Of a DNA stretch of 64,000 nucleotides, positions 1 to 15,470 are shown piece by piece. The stretch is from Octopus sinensis (Eukaryota): positions 53,444,001 to 53,508,000 of the forward strand of contig NC_043002.1 in NCBI RefSeq assembly GCF_006345805.1, read 5' to 3'. Made by a program: the position numbers and the translations under genes. The notes beneath the pieces are model-generated. The model had not been told where the DNA came from, did no database searches, and saw only the letters and a program-made list of their open reading frames with translations. Position 1 is the first letter of the stretch; each line of letters opens with the position of its first letter.

Positions 1-345
1 ATCTTCTGAGCTTATCAAATTCTTTTGCCTAGATATTATGATCACAAGGTATGCTCGTGTCAATCAATAAACAGACTTTATTGTTTTGGTTTTTCACAAC
101 AGTATCTGATTTATTAGCTTTGATGGTCTGGTCTGTATGTACTGGAAAGTCTCAAAAAATCGTTACATTTTCTCCCTTGGTTTACAACCTCAGAGTGTTG
201 CTTGCAATATTTGTCAGCAGTTTTGATTTTATAATGTCGACATATTAACCAATGTAGGTGTTGGCCAACTCTGACATGTCCTGATTTAAACTCTATAGTT
301 GCTAAAATTTTACACCCTGAAATTAGGTGGTCCACTGTTTCGAAG
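1..345 (-). mobile_element. Decayed C-terminal part (zinc knuckle + restriction-like endonuclease) of a Dong/R4-like non-LTR retrotransposon
   Basis: ORF 114..335(-) reads DHLISGCKILA..GHVRVGQHLHWLICRHYKIKTADK, matching the CCHC knuckle region (HxxSGC..RHDxV..HW.IC). Further along the minus strand, broken frames give ANKSDTVV (for NRPDIVV) and LIDTSIPCDHNI*AKEFDKL. Confidence 0.8.
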
Positions 346-400
346 GTGATGAAGATGATGATGATGTTGATGATGATGATGATAATGATGATGATGATGA
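346..400. repeat. (GAT)n microsatellite
   Basis: Directly visible; source of the poly-Met ORF 346..534. Confidence 0.95.
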
Positions 401-747
401 ATCTTGGTAAGCCGACACAATTGCCTCATCTACGATTTCGAAATTATAAAAGGTCCGTCATATTAAATATTATATTTGTCTTGTTAGAAGAAATATTTGC
501 GAGCATTAAAACAATTGTACCTACAAAAGAATAAACTCATGGATAGTCGTGTAACCTGTGGAGATATGTTAGTCTTAAGCAAGACACGTCAACGTGATTA
601 TGGATCGAAAACCAAAAAAATAATTCGGACAAAAGCGTTTAAAAGTTCCGAATTGTTTTCTTTTATTAAGGTAATTATAAAAAACCGTTACATCATACAG
701 ACAGGTAAATGCATTGACTCTGAATGTAAATATCCATACATCCAGGC

Positions 748-1222
748 ACAGGTGTGGTTGTGTGGTAAGAAGTTTCCTTCTCAACCTCATGGTTCCAGGT
801 TCAGTCCTACTGCTTGGCACCTTGGCCCCAAATGTCTTCTACTCTAGCCTCGAGCCGACCCAAAACTTGTGAGTGGATTCAGTAGACGGAAACTGAAAGA
901 AGCCAGTCGTGTATATATTTACATATGTATATGTGTTTGTATGTATGTGACGGAGAGAGAAAGAGAGAAAGAGAGAGAGTGTGTGCGCGTGTATGTGTGC
1001 GCGCGCGTTTGTGTGTGTATTTGTCCCCCCCCCCCCCCACCACTTGACATCCAGTGTCGGTGTGTTTACGTCCCGGTAACCTAGCAGTTCAGCAAAATAC
1101 ACCAGTAGAATAAGTACTATACTTAAAAAAAAAGTTCTGGAAGTCGATTTGTTCGACTAAAGCCCTTCAAGGTGATGCCCCAGCATAGCCGCAGCCAAAT
1201 GACTGAAACAAATAAAGGTTAA
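748..1222 (+). mobile_element. tRNA-derived SINE, family A (CORE-like centre, internal GT/GA microsatellite)
   Basis: Head gtgtggttgtgtggtaagaag..ggttcagtcc (A/B-box-like), CORE-like ggcaccttgg..tgtcttctact, gacggaaactgaaagaagc, and tail ggtgatgccccagcatagccgcagccaaatgactgaaac. Homologous copies occur at 7785, 30900, 37638 and 53140. Confidence 0.85.
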
Positions 1223-2589
1223 AAGATATAAGTTTTAGTATCCAACTAGTAGCTAATAAACGCATAAATCTCGGTTATAGTGAGTGCTAAAATTTATTTG
1301 TTAATACGGTAAACAGTATACCTGATGGTAGTTTAGTTAATGGTACTAATAGTGATATTATTACTACTTGAAAGTTACATAGACATTAACACTTTTCATC
1401 ATTATATGTCATTAGTGACTGCACATCTAGCTTCTGCTGTTTGTAGAATTCGACAACATTCCATAGCAGCTGAACAAGAAGCCGACGCCGCAGGTATCCA
1501 CAGCTTAATAGATATTTAGAACAAACTGAAGTAACGGCCATGAATACCCTCGCAATGATTAACATACATTAAAGGATGCTTTCAGCAGCGTACAATGAGA
1601 ATTAACAAAATCACGATCTTGTGTCTTGAGAGGGACATTACACCAACACTAATAAACACATGCACTGGTTCAATATCACCTCTTTATTGTAAGTCAATCT
1701 AAACAACTAACTAATCGATCGTTTGTTTAGCGTATTGGTTAAACAATCAATCGGTTGTTTGTTTGTTAAAGTTCTTTCATCGCTATTAGTGACCACAGTA
1801 ATGACATGTCCTCTCTCTTAAAGGTTTGCCTTGAGTCTGTCTGAGAATTAGTCGTGTCTGTGTGTACCTATTCTTGTATGTGCGTATGTAGATGCGTGGT
1901 TGCCTATGAGAGAAGGAAAGGATGAGGATAAATGAAGAGAATGTGTGCGTACGTACGCATGCATATGTTTGTGGTTGTGTGTGCACTCGCGTGCCTGCCT
2001 GTATGTGTGCTTCTGTGTTTTGTGTATTTGTGCGTCTGAGTGCATTGGCCATCCGAGACCTGTTTGAAGGTTTGACCTTTTGTTGAGGATCAGCTCGGTC
2101 TCAGATCTGCTGGGATTTGTTTGTCATCCCGTAAATATTTATAGTTGTACTCCCTTGTGTGGTGGGAGGGGAGAGGGATGCGAACGAAATACAAAACCGA
2201 AGTAGAATCACAATGTTATAGCTAATTCTAAAATCCATTCAAGCAATTTCCTATAGTCTTGCATAATCCGGGCAATAAACCATATGGGGTTAAATAAACA
2301 TTTCTTTATTATAGAATAATAATATAGTACCCCCAGAGAATTGAGGAATGAATATTAAATTAAATAACAAAATAGATACTTTACGTAACGAAGCGAGTGT
2401 AAAAGAACCCGGATGACAATATATAAATCTTTCTAGAAAAATTAACAAAAATATGATGACTCAATACACGAACAAATGCAACGGAAAACATTCGGATTCT
2501 TTAGAAAATATCCGCTTTCAGAGATTAAAAAGATATAACATTGAAGAACGTTACATTAAAAAACATTCCACGAAAACAAGCCGGAAATA

Positions 2590-5136
<2,547 letters not shown>

Positions 5137-6502
5137 AAGATGAAAAACTATTTTGTCTCCTCTGCATTTGAACATAGAATGTAAATTTTCCGAAGATTCT
5201 CACAAGCCGTCTTTTTGTCCAACGTTCTAACGCGTCTACTAACCAATCAATCAATCAAGCGTTTCAAATTCAGTTTCAAGGCCAGACGTTTTGAAGAGGA
5301 CAGGAACAGATGCCACCTATCTCAGTAATTGACTACTATTTTATTTTATTGACTCCAGAGGGAAGAAAGGTGACGTTCGCCTCAGTGGAATTTGAACACA
5401 GAACGTTAATATACCACCGAGGTTCGCCTTTGCCTTTCTTTCGGTGTCAATAAAGTAAGTACCAATTAGCACTTGAGTCGGTGTAATCAACTTAGCCTCT
5501 CCCCAGAAATTGCTAGCCTTGCACCAAAACTTGAAACCAATATTAACCATAACGATGCTGCTGCTGCTGCTGATGATGATGATTTTTTTTTTCCTCTCGC
5601 ATAGGCACAATGCCATAAATTAAGGTAGGATTAGATGGGGATGGAGCTGAGTATAGCAGGTTTTGCCTAAAAATTATTTTATACCACAAGGTATTTCAGT
5701 CTATATTACTCCCATTTCAGCCAATCCTGACACAATGCAACGCACTATATGAGGGTGAGGGTGAGGGGAAAGGAACTGATTCAAGTGAATCGAATCTGTA
5801 TATGACAGTTAATTATTTTATTGAAACCAGATTGACGAAATGCAAAGTTAAAGCAAGTAAGATTATTTAAACTGAATACACAGTGGGATGAAATTAAATT
5901 CAACATTTTTCCCGTCTCTCCACAATTTCTGTCTTGAGTCTAGTTAACTTTTCCCTGGCTTTCCGGACCGAGGAGTTATCATTATTATGAGGGTCTGGCT
6001 GATTAATTAATGCACCGTACAAAATGTTTAGGGGCAATTCTCACCCCTTACGTTTTTAGTTCAAATGTCACCGAAGTCAATTTTGCGTTTCATTCTTTTC
6101 AAGAATACGAGGATCGATGCAATCTATTTACTCCTTGCCTCAAAATTGCTATTCTTGCGTTAAGAATATTAAAAAACATTATTATGCACTGATTAACAGT
6201 ACATTAGAAGAAGCGTATGAGATCTACAAAAAATATATATATAAAGCATTTTTTTTTATTACAGTCCTTGAGTTGTGATTTCAAATCCTGCAGAGATAAA
6301 CATTACTTATCCGTGTTTTGTGGTGGATAAAATAAAGTACCATACTGGAGACAATATGATTGACTGCTTCCCTTTTCCTAAAATATCTAGCATTATGCTT
6401 ATGATAGAAATCCTTTTTTCTACACTAATATGTATGTTAAACCCAGTCGGTCATTTGTTATACTTCACCCTTGATCTAGTAGGTGTGTCTTCAATGTCAT
6501 AT

Positions 6503-6571
<69 letters not shown>

Positions 6572-6651
6572 CATGTGTGTGTGTGTGTGTGTGAAATTAC
6601 ACACACTCTTGTTTCTGCACTCTGTTAACGTAAAAGCAGGGGTTGAACAGT

Positions 6652-7770
6652 TACGTTTTTCGACATAATCTTCTTGCTTTCCGATGGACTTTTTCCAGCA
6701 ATCCATACGCATGCCTATTCTATCGGCAAAAAGGGTTTCGAATGGTCGCGCAGACATTTGAATGGTGTCGCAGCCATTCCTGCATTTCTTCGTTCGCAAT
6801 TCGGCGACCTCATAAAAAACATTTGAGCGGTTTAAAGTGGTGATAGTCGGAAGGTGTGATATCTGGACTGCATTCGGAGTGTTTCAGCGACTCGAAATTC
6901 AATTTTCTAATGATTTTCATTGTCGTACAACAATAACACTTAATTTGAAAATAGACCTCGGCGTTTGGTGCGAATTGTAGGTTTCAGCCTGCTGGTCAGC
7001 ATTTGTGGGCTACAATGTGACTGGAGACCTCTTTTCCGAGTAACGTCCCAGTATAGTCTCTTTGCGCCCCCACTTCAACCCAAAACGAACTGTTCACATC
7101 ACTTTTCTGTGGAAGACTGAATCTTAAATTTCTCTTTCACTGGCGATTTCACTACATATTCTGTCCTGAGACTATTCTCCCCCAAAAGCTTCACTTCATC
7201 GTTTTCACCATCGAGTAAGCGTTTGCAGATCTGAACACGTTTGTACTTATTTGCATACTATGCGCTTCGATATGCTTCTCTCAGCACCAAAGATTGTACG
7301 TGGATTATTTTGTATGTAGAACCATGATTACTATGCAGAGAACATTCCGCTTTATCGATAACCACTCGGTTCGCCAGAAACATCATCTCCCGAGCTTGTT
7401 GAATTTTCACGTCAGTGGTGGTGTTTGATGAGCGTCTTGTTCCCTCTTTGCGCTTCACTTTTGTCCGACCATTGTAAAATTTCTTCAACCACACATACAC
7501 ACTGCTATGCAGTCGAGCACTGCCTACTTATTTTACTGGAAGCCTGTGTTAAATTTCACACCTCTGACACACGTTCAAACGAGAGGAATTGGATCTTCCT
7601 TACTGCACACCGGCAACAGAACGGCGTATATACTCTGTAGCGTAAGAAAGAAATCAAGAAATGCCAAACTCTATTTACGTAACCAGATGAGTAACACCTT
7701 TAAGCACGTGAGCGCTGAAGGGAGTAAAGCCAACTTAAAGAAAGTTTTGACTGATAACTTTTGACTTCTC
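6652..7770 (-). mobile_element. Decayed mariner (Tc1/mariner) transposase
   Basis: ORF 7258..7500(-) VYVWLKKFYNGRTKV..RRSSNTTTD..IQQAREM..ANRVVID matches the mariner HTH region. Downstream frames give LKPTIRTKRRGL..LLLYDN, then HSECSPDITPSDYH (YSPDLAPSDY motif), then the terminal W.K.I...DYVEK. Many stops and frameshifts; TIRs not resolved. Confidence 0.85.
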
Positions 7771-7784
7771 ATATATCTTTTATC

Positions 7785-8162
7785 TTTTACATATTTCAGT
7801 CACTGAACTGCAGCCATGCTGGGGCACAGCCTTGACTGGTTTAGTGGAGCAAGTCAACCCCCAGTACTTAATTTATTAACGTCTGATGCTTATAAAATTA
7901 GTAATTTTGTGTCGAACCGCTAGATTACAAGGACGTAAACAAACCAATACCCATTGTCAAGTCGTGTGGGGAGGACAATCACAAACGCTAAATCACATAC
8001 ATGCACTCACGTGCACACACACATATATATATATCCGACGGGTTTCTCTCAATTCCCTTCCATGAAATCCACTCACATAGCATTGGTCAATTCAGGGATA
8101 TAGCAGTGAGACTAAGTCAAAAACCATGTAGTTGGGAAACATGTTTCTTACCACACAGCCCA
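7785..8162 (-). mobile_element. SINE family A copy
   Basis: Reverse complement of the tail (ttcagtcactgaactgcagccatgctggggcac) through to the head (ttcttaccacacagcc). Confidence 0.75.
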
Positions 8163-8572
8163 AATTATATATAGTCGCTTCAGATCTATATTCTCATTGT
8201 TAGTAGAAACATTCAAAATGTTTTTTCACTTCCTGACGAAAGTCTTTGTTTGAAACAGTGGTACACTCTTCTCCATTTCCTTTGAATGTTATACTGTGTG
8301 GGTTATATCAATTTAATAGTTACAAACGTTTGGAAGCAATAACAAGGATTGGCGCGTAATAAAAGCACTGCAAAAAAATCGAGAAAATCAACAAAAACGT
8401 AATAAAGAGAGAGAGTGACAGAGATTGATTGTGTGAAAGAGAGAGAGAGAGAAAATTAACTAACAAAACAAGAAAACTATCGAAGGGAAGGTAAAGAGAA
8501 TATACCATAGCTATTTATATAAATGTTTCTTTTCCACTCTATTCATCATTCGTTTCCGCTCTGTTCCACGCA

Positions 8573-8610
8573 TTATTATTATTATAATAATAATAATAAT
8601 AATAATAATA

Positions 8611-8667
<57 letters not shown>

Positions 8668-8854
8668 TACTCATTTATTTATTCATTTCTTTATTTTATC
8701 AAACAACACCACTCTCTTTCAGTTCGATATAGAAATTAAATCTCACTGAGGGGTTTAATGATTTATTTTTACTCTCCATTTCAGCCGGTATTTACTCTTG
8801 TCCATTGTAAAAATAGTAATGATGATGATGATGATGATGATGATAATAATAATA

Positions 8855-8893
<39 letters not shown>

Positions 8894-8920
8894 GAAGAAG
8901 AAGAAGAAGAAGAAGAAGAA
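8573..8920. repeat. Compound trinucleotide microsatellites: (ATT)/(AAT)/(ATT) at 8573-8668 and (GAT)(AAT)(AAG) at 8818-8920
   Basis: Directly visible. Confidence 0.95.
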
Positions 8921-10485
8921 CTTTTTTCTAAAACGTTTCTGCAATCGTGATAAATTCGTCAATATTACTTATGGAAATAGTTTAGTCATATTTGATTACT
9001 TAGCAGTGATGGTGAGTAATTGACTGCCGTCCGTTTTTGTCACGATCTGAGTGAATCACCACAGTGTGCTTTAAGACACCAACGAACGGTTTCATAGGTT
9101 TCAGTCCTGCTGGCTTCTGACACTTTTTTAACAACCTGTGTCGTATTTTGAACTTACTCTCTGTGCGTTTGGCTTGTTTAAGAAAATTCCAAACATATAT
9201 TCGACACTCCCTCGCAGCTTCACTTAAAATTAATTTAAATTGAGCTTAATTAACGAAATTTACAACTCGGGAAAGTAAATTGCAAATAGGTTTACATTGA
9301 ATAGTTTAAGCAAATTGTAAGTTCTAAAAGATTTCAGAACTATTACCATTTACGCTGTCACTCAGTATGCTAGAAACAGCAACAAAATTCTTTACCAGTT
9401 GATACCGTACTGCGTTAAAAAACAGAATGATACGTACTTTCTAGAAACATTGAAACATTTGAGAGAGTGTAAAAATGATCACGAGAGCCACTGAAGGAGT
9501 TTTGCGTTCGTTGGTTCCGGCAGAAATGACAGCCAATTCGTCCTCAAACGACACATTACTATCTTAAAAGAAATTGAAGTCGCAAACTAAATTTTGATAA
9601 TTAAAAAGAAAGGAAGTTTGATCAAAAGTGTTCTGAAACAGACTTGATCTAGGGCTGGTCAATTGCAGGAACGAACTATTTATATATTTGGATTTAAAAA
9701 GTAAAAATGAATTGCAAAATTCGTCACTTTCATGTTTAAAGACATTGTCTCTAGGAAAGAAGACAGTGAGATATTTACCAGGAGGTGTCCCTATTTGTGT
9801 ATAACAGTTTTCTCATATCTGCACTTTTTAGTTTGATACATATGTAAACAGAAATGCACACACACACAGCCAACCAGCCAGTCAGTCAGACCGACACCCG
9901 TATACATATATATTTATGTCAATACTAATTATTGCATTTGCTTTTCTAAGCAAATGCTTAAGCGAACACAGCGTTTCTGGAATATCTAGGGTTTCCAGAA
10001 AAAGAAATCAATCAGCTAACACGGGCATTACAGTTACAAACTCTAAGCGGGTCACTAAAACTATGCAAAGCTTTTCTCAAGTTCAAAATGTAACATCGTT
10101 TTTGTTTTTTATTTTCCAGCGACGGATTTTTATTTTCTTTTTTGGAAACCAACTCTTTCAATAGAGGAACTCTTCAAATAATCAAAAGTAGTTGAGTACA
10201 TACGTACACACAAAAATACATACATACATGCTTCGGCATGGTGTTCAAGGTAGAGACAAACATCTATGGTTAATATAAAAAAACAACAATTCAAGGCAGA
10301 GACAAAAGTTAGGAGAACTAAATAACAAGCCAGTGAAAAAGAAATATTCAATTATTCTCTTGAAGCGAAGCTAACTATCACTTAATAACGAACTTTAGTA
10401 TAATATTCTTAACTCTATCGTTGTCTTCGTTGGAAACGTTGTGTTTCCTTTTCCTTACATTTGTCATTTCATCATGCAAATTAAT

Positions 10486-10713
10486 CAGTTGTGTCTGGGG
10501 GGAGTCATTTTATTTTTGTGCCTTATAATTTAATACACTCACCGGTAAAATTTTCACTTATTTTTGATAGTCTTGAGTCAAGACTATTGAAAAGGTTGCA
10601 AGACGCAACGAAAATTCTAGGAAAATAAAAATATGAAATAAGTGGAAATTTTACCGGTGAGTGTGTTAAATTATAAGGCACAAAAAGAAAATGACTCTCC
10701 CCAGGCACAACAG
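10486..10713. mobile_element. Fold-back MITE with ~75-bp terminal inverted repeats
   Basis: The left arm gttgtgtctggggggagtcattttatttttgtgccttataatttaatacactcaccggtaaaattttcacttattt matches the reverse complement of the right arm (10639-10711) with ~5 mismatches. CAG-like start; a TA TSD is not cleanly preserved. Confidence 0.75.
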
Positions 10714-11333
10714 AATATGCTTCAACGCAGGAACTCACATAAAGAATCTTGCAAATCAAATCCCAAAACGAAACATGCAAATTAATATATACTATAAAAT
10801 GTTCTCTATTCTTTTTGTATATGTCTCAGCCATAAAACTGCCTGAAATTGAATTCTGTACTGTTGATACCTAATGAGACTGGAACATGCGGAAGCAGCCT
10901 GCTCATTGACTTGAGAAAGGAAACTGAAAAAAAAATGACATTTCTTTAATGGTATGGTAACTCCTGAGAATCGTTGATTAACTTGAATTATCTCTCTTCA
11001 TTTGAAGCCATTCACAATCGCCATAAGCTGTTTGCCGTCTTTCAAAGAGAAAAGACAATCAGCAATTTACTTTGTATGGCATTTAGTAATAATTTCTTCT
11101 GATTTGCAGTCAAATATTATACCATAGGTTGCAAGCTGTTAGATCTTTCAACTCACTTTAGTTTTAATTTCACACACACATAATTCCACACATACATACA
11201 CACAAAATTTACTATACTGTAATGTATCTACATATGCATGAATGTATGTATGTATGTTGTATGTATGTATGTATGTATGTATGTATGTAGTATGTATGTA
11301 TGTATGTATGTATGTATGTATGTATATATATAT

Positions 11334-11393
<60 letters not shown>

Positions 11394-11489
11394 CGTATAC
11401 TACCAGAGATACCCGGCGTTGCCCGTGTTATATACAATTGAAGAATTAGACTTTTCTGTTATGTTTTCTCTAATGAACTGGAATATCTA

Positions 11490-12865
11490 TCCTTTTTTTT
11501 TCATTTTATCTAGTTTCAGCTCACGAGCTGTGGCTATGCTGGGGCACCGCCATTCGGCGTTGCTACATGATTTTACTTCACGAAAGCTTTTTAACAAATG
11601 ACATTTGGTGCATGAGAGAGTTTGACGCAGCTGCCCTCATCTGCACCACCTGCCGTGAAGTTGGTTCATCTGGGACCCCTGACAGGAAGAGGTCCAGCTT
11701 TATTTTAAAGACATCTGCATCCACCCCATGCAGGTCTCTCAGGTCCTTCGGGAGGATATTGAAGAGCTGTGGACATCTGAAGCCCAGGCTATCACAGTAT
11801 CTTGTCCTATAACTTGATGGCATATTTGGAGTCCTTGACACTATGAAGTGGCGCCCAGTTCTAGTATTTGTGTAACTCTCGATGCCAAAGTTTGGCACAA
11901 GTCCTTCCAGGATCTTCCAGATATATATTATGGCATATCTTTCACGCCTACGCTCTAAAGAATAGAGTCTTAATCTCTTGAGTCTTTCCCAATAGCTTAT
12001 ATGCTGCGCAGAGGCTATTTTCTTCGTGTAGCTTCGCTTGGATCGCCTCAAGTTGTGTGATTAATTTGACACGAGTGTTTCCTGGTCTCTTGTTCTAATA
12101 ACTCTAAGAATCCATCCAGTCAGCCGCCTACATTCCATTGCTAATTTAGCAACATGCACATAAAAGGTTGCATCATTACTCATGTAAATACCCAGGTCTC
12201 ACACTGATTGTGCCTCTGGGATTGCAACCCCTCCAGGTCCAGTGTATTTATTGGTTATTGCACTTAGTTTTGCATGCTGATAGCATAAAGCTTGAAGCTT
12301 TTCAGCATTGAACTGCATGCTATTCTTTTCAGCCCACTTGTATATTTTGTCCAGCTCACATTGCAGGTGCATAGTGTCTTCAGTATTACCTGCGAAACTT
12401 TTGTATCATCTGCATAACTTGTGACCGTGGTTTTCTGCGTGGCTGAGGGCATGTCTGAGGGGGTCATTATGAACAGCAGTGGTCCCAAAGCAGTGCCTTG
12501 CGGAACACCGCTCACTATTTGCGTGTTTTTGGAGGTGGCTCCATTGGCTACTACCACCTGACTTCTATCCTTCAGAAAGTCATGAAGCCATTCTCTCAAT
12601 TTTCCAACTATGCCAAGATCACGCAGTTTGTGACATATCATTACATGATCGACTTTATCAAAGGCCTTTGCAAAGTCGAGATATATCACTTCCACATTTG
12701 AGTGGTTGAGCAATTGTTTCAGCACCCAGTCATAGTGTTGTAGGAGCTGAGTTAAGCAGCTTCTTCCTGGTCGGAATCCATGTTGAGTGTCAGGCAGCAA
12801 GTTATTTTCTTCAAGGAAGGCGATTAGTTTCCTTCTGACTATTCGTTCCATGACCTTGCTGATGC

Positions 12866-12870
<5 letters not shown>
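11490..12870 (-). mobile_element. 5'-truncated, frameshifted APE-RT LINE (CR1-like group; related to the element at 26594)
   Basis: ORF 12264..13070(-) has [40 protein letters not shown] and YADDTK. ORF 11578..12051(-) has YWERLKRLRLYSLERRRERY..VPDEP. There is a short 3' UTR with an A-rich tail, and the 5' break abuts a (TA)n tract. Confidence 0.92.
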
Positions 12871-12931
<61 letters not shown>

Positions 12932-12938
12932 CACATGT

Positions 12939-13038
<100 letters not shown>

Positions 13039-13124
13039 AATCCAAACGGGAAACAAAAAAACAACAACAATGGAACAATTACAGTATTATTATTAATAGG
13101 CGCTCAGGAAAAGGAAGCAGGGAG

Positions 13125-13161
13125 GTATGACGTTTCGAGCGGAGCTCTTCGTCGGAAACAT
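13125..13161 (-). ncRNA. Minimal type I hammerhead ribozyme, variant copy (U4C in the core)
   Basis: The minus strand reads AUGUUU CCGACGA A GAGC-UCC-GCUC GAAAC GUC AUAC, with one core change and one stem I mismatch. Confidence 0.6.
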
Positions 13162-13367
13162 AAAGAAGGAAGAGAGAGGAAAGAGAGATCCCAGAGCGGG
13201 CAACAGGGAAAGAGAAAAAAGACGACTGGTGTTTACGAGTTGCACATGGTGAAAAAAACTATATATAGTTAATCCAAACATGAAAACACAAAGAGAAAAC
13301 ACAACAACGCGAGGACATGGAACAAATATAGTATTATTGGACGCTCAGGAAGGAAGTGAAGAAGGAG

Positions 13368-13404
13368 CGTTTTACGTTTCGAGCGGAGCTCTTCGTCAGA
13401 AACA
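13368..13404 (-). ncRNA. Minimal type I hammerhead ribozyme with intact core
   Basis: The minus strand reads UGUUU CUGACGA A GAGC-UCC-GCUC GAAAC GUA AAACG: stem I GUUU/AAAC, stem II GAGC/GCUC, and a palindromic ACGU stem III typical of dimer-acting minimal hammerheads. Confidence 0.75.
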
Positions 13405-13543
13405 TAGGAAAAGGAAAGATCCAGAGAAGGGAAGACAGAGGAAAAAAATCGCCAACGGTACACACGCGGTTACATTTTGAATATATATATATATATATTA
13501 GAAGGTTTCGAAATGATGTACAGGTATTTTTATATTTCTATAT

Positions 13544-13588
<45 letters not shown>

Positions 13589-14444
13589 TTATATACAGCC
13601 CTTTCAATCGCGTCCACCATAAACCTCTTTCGTCATAGCCATCAGACAGAGGAAAACTGCGTTTTCATCCCGGCCAAAAGAAGGAGGCTAGGCAATCTTC
13701 ACGATGGACTCGGACGATAACCGGATCCGTCCTACACGTGACAATAAGTGTTGGACGAAGTTCCACAAGTCAGCAATGAGCGGACACAATTTGTTACTAC
13801 TAATAATGGTCATCCTTTCTCGCCTGAAGAATTTGGGGGTAAGCAGAGGGGTTATTCGGTTACATCGAGCCCCAGTGGCACTTCATTTATCGATCCCAAA
13901 GGAATAAAATGCCAAGTCGATCTCAAAGTTCTGCAGAGCATTTTTGCCTGGCAAGCTACGACCGGATTCCCTTTGATTTTAAATCTGTCGTGTCAGGGCC
14001 GATGTGAATCTAAGCTATAATAGAGAATTGGTAAATTAATCAAACGTTCAACATTTGTTCTATATTTTTAAAATTAATTCAATAAACCAAGATATCAAAT
14101 GCATTAATATATTCATACATATTACTGAAGTGGTTTATTTCATACAAGAACGTATAATTTAGAAAATATAAAAGCAATACTAAATATAATAAATATTTAA
14201 ATTCGAATAGATATTTAAATTTACATAAAATTTCCCAGTTTAAAATGTAAGAGATCATAATTTTGTTGTTGTCAGGTATCAAAGATTTCGTGTGCGTATA
14301 TGTTTGTGAATGCATAAGTGTGTATGGGTGTATGTATGTTTGTGTATATGTGTGTATCTGTGAGTGTGTGTGTTTGTGACTGTGTTTATAAATATACGCG
14401 AAATGAAAAAGTAGAAAATACAGCAGGTAGTACGTATATAGATA

Positions 14445-14533
<89 letters not shown>

Positions 14534-14588
14534 AATACTCACGCACACATTTATATATATATGAAGCTTGTGTGTGTGTGTATGTGAA

Positions 14589-14627
<39 letters not shown>

Positions 14628-14748
14628 TATATATCATATATAAGTGTATGTATAAATAAATAAATAAATATATATATATTATATATATATATATATATAT
14701 ACACTATATATCATATATAAGTGTATGTATAAATAAATAAATAAATAA

Positions 14749-14785
<37 letters not shown>

Positions 14786-15405
14786 TATGCAGCTGTATCT
14801 ATGTATATAGATATATTAATATGTATATAGAGACAGAAAGTAAGATAGATAGATATGAATATCTACATGTCTGTTTATATACGTGTATATATATATATCA
14901 ATTTATATATATATACATATTTATGCATATATATATGCATATATATACATATATATTTACACGTATATACACATATGCATATATATTTATGCATACATGT
15001 ATGCATATATATATACATATATTTATTCATATCTGTGAGTATTCACGCGCTTACCTGAAGACATTGCCTGTAAATCTCACATATATTTGTATTCTACTGC
15101 GTTTATTAACTTAGTAGATATCTCAAAACGAAAATATGTCTCGCGTATGGATGTTGTTACAATATTCAACGCTAACTTCCCATTTTTTGAAAATAAGTTT
15201 CGGCTCACATATCAAATGGTGTACACTGTGTAACGCTTCTTATACTACCTGATGTTATAAGATCATCTAACATAACTTCTACATCGTATTTACTAAATGT
15301 TAGTCTATGTAATAATACACTCGATATGCGGGTTGAAACGTATCTCGGAATCTTAATTCGATGACATCTTTAAGATATTGTGAATATATAACCACCACCC
15401 CTCTC

Positions 15406-15470
<65 letters not shown>

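Noticed and set aside
1447-1493. Possible 47-nt exon (tttgtag | IRQHSIAAEQEADAA | gtatcc)
   Set aside because: Short, moderate donor, and no partner exons or homology; expected by chance in 64 kb.
13790-13875. FVTTNNGHPFSPEEF resembling the Gypsy integrase TDNG..F.S.EF motif
   Set aside because: A single short motif with no other integrase or LTR features; the adjacent sequence is a SINE-B fragment.
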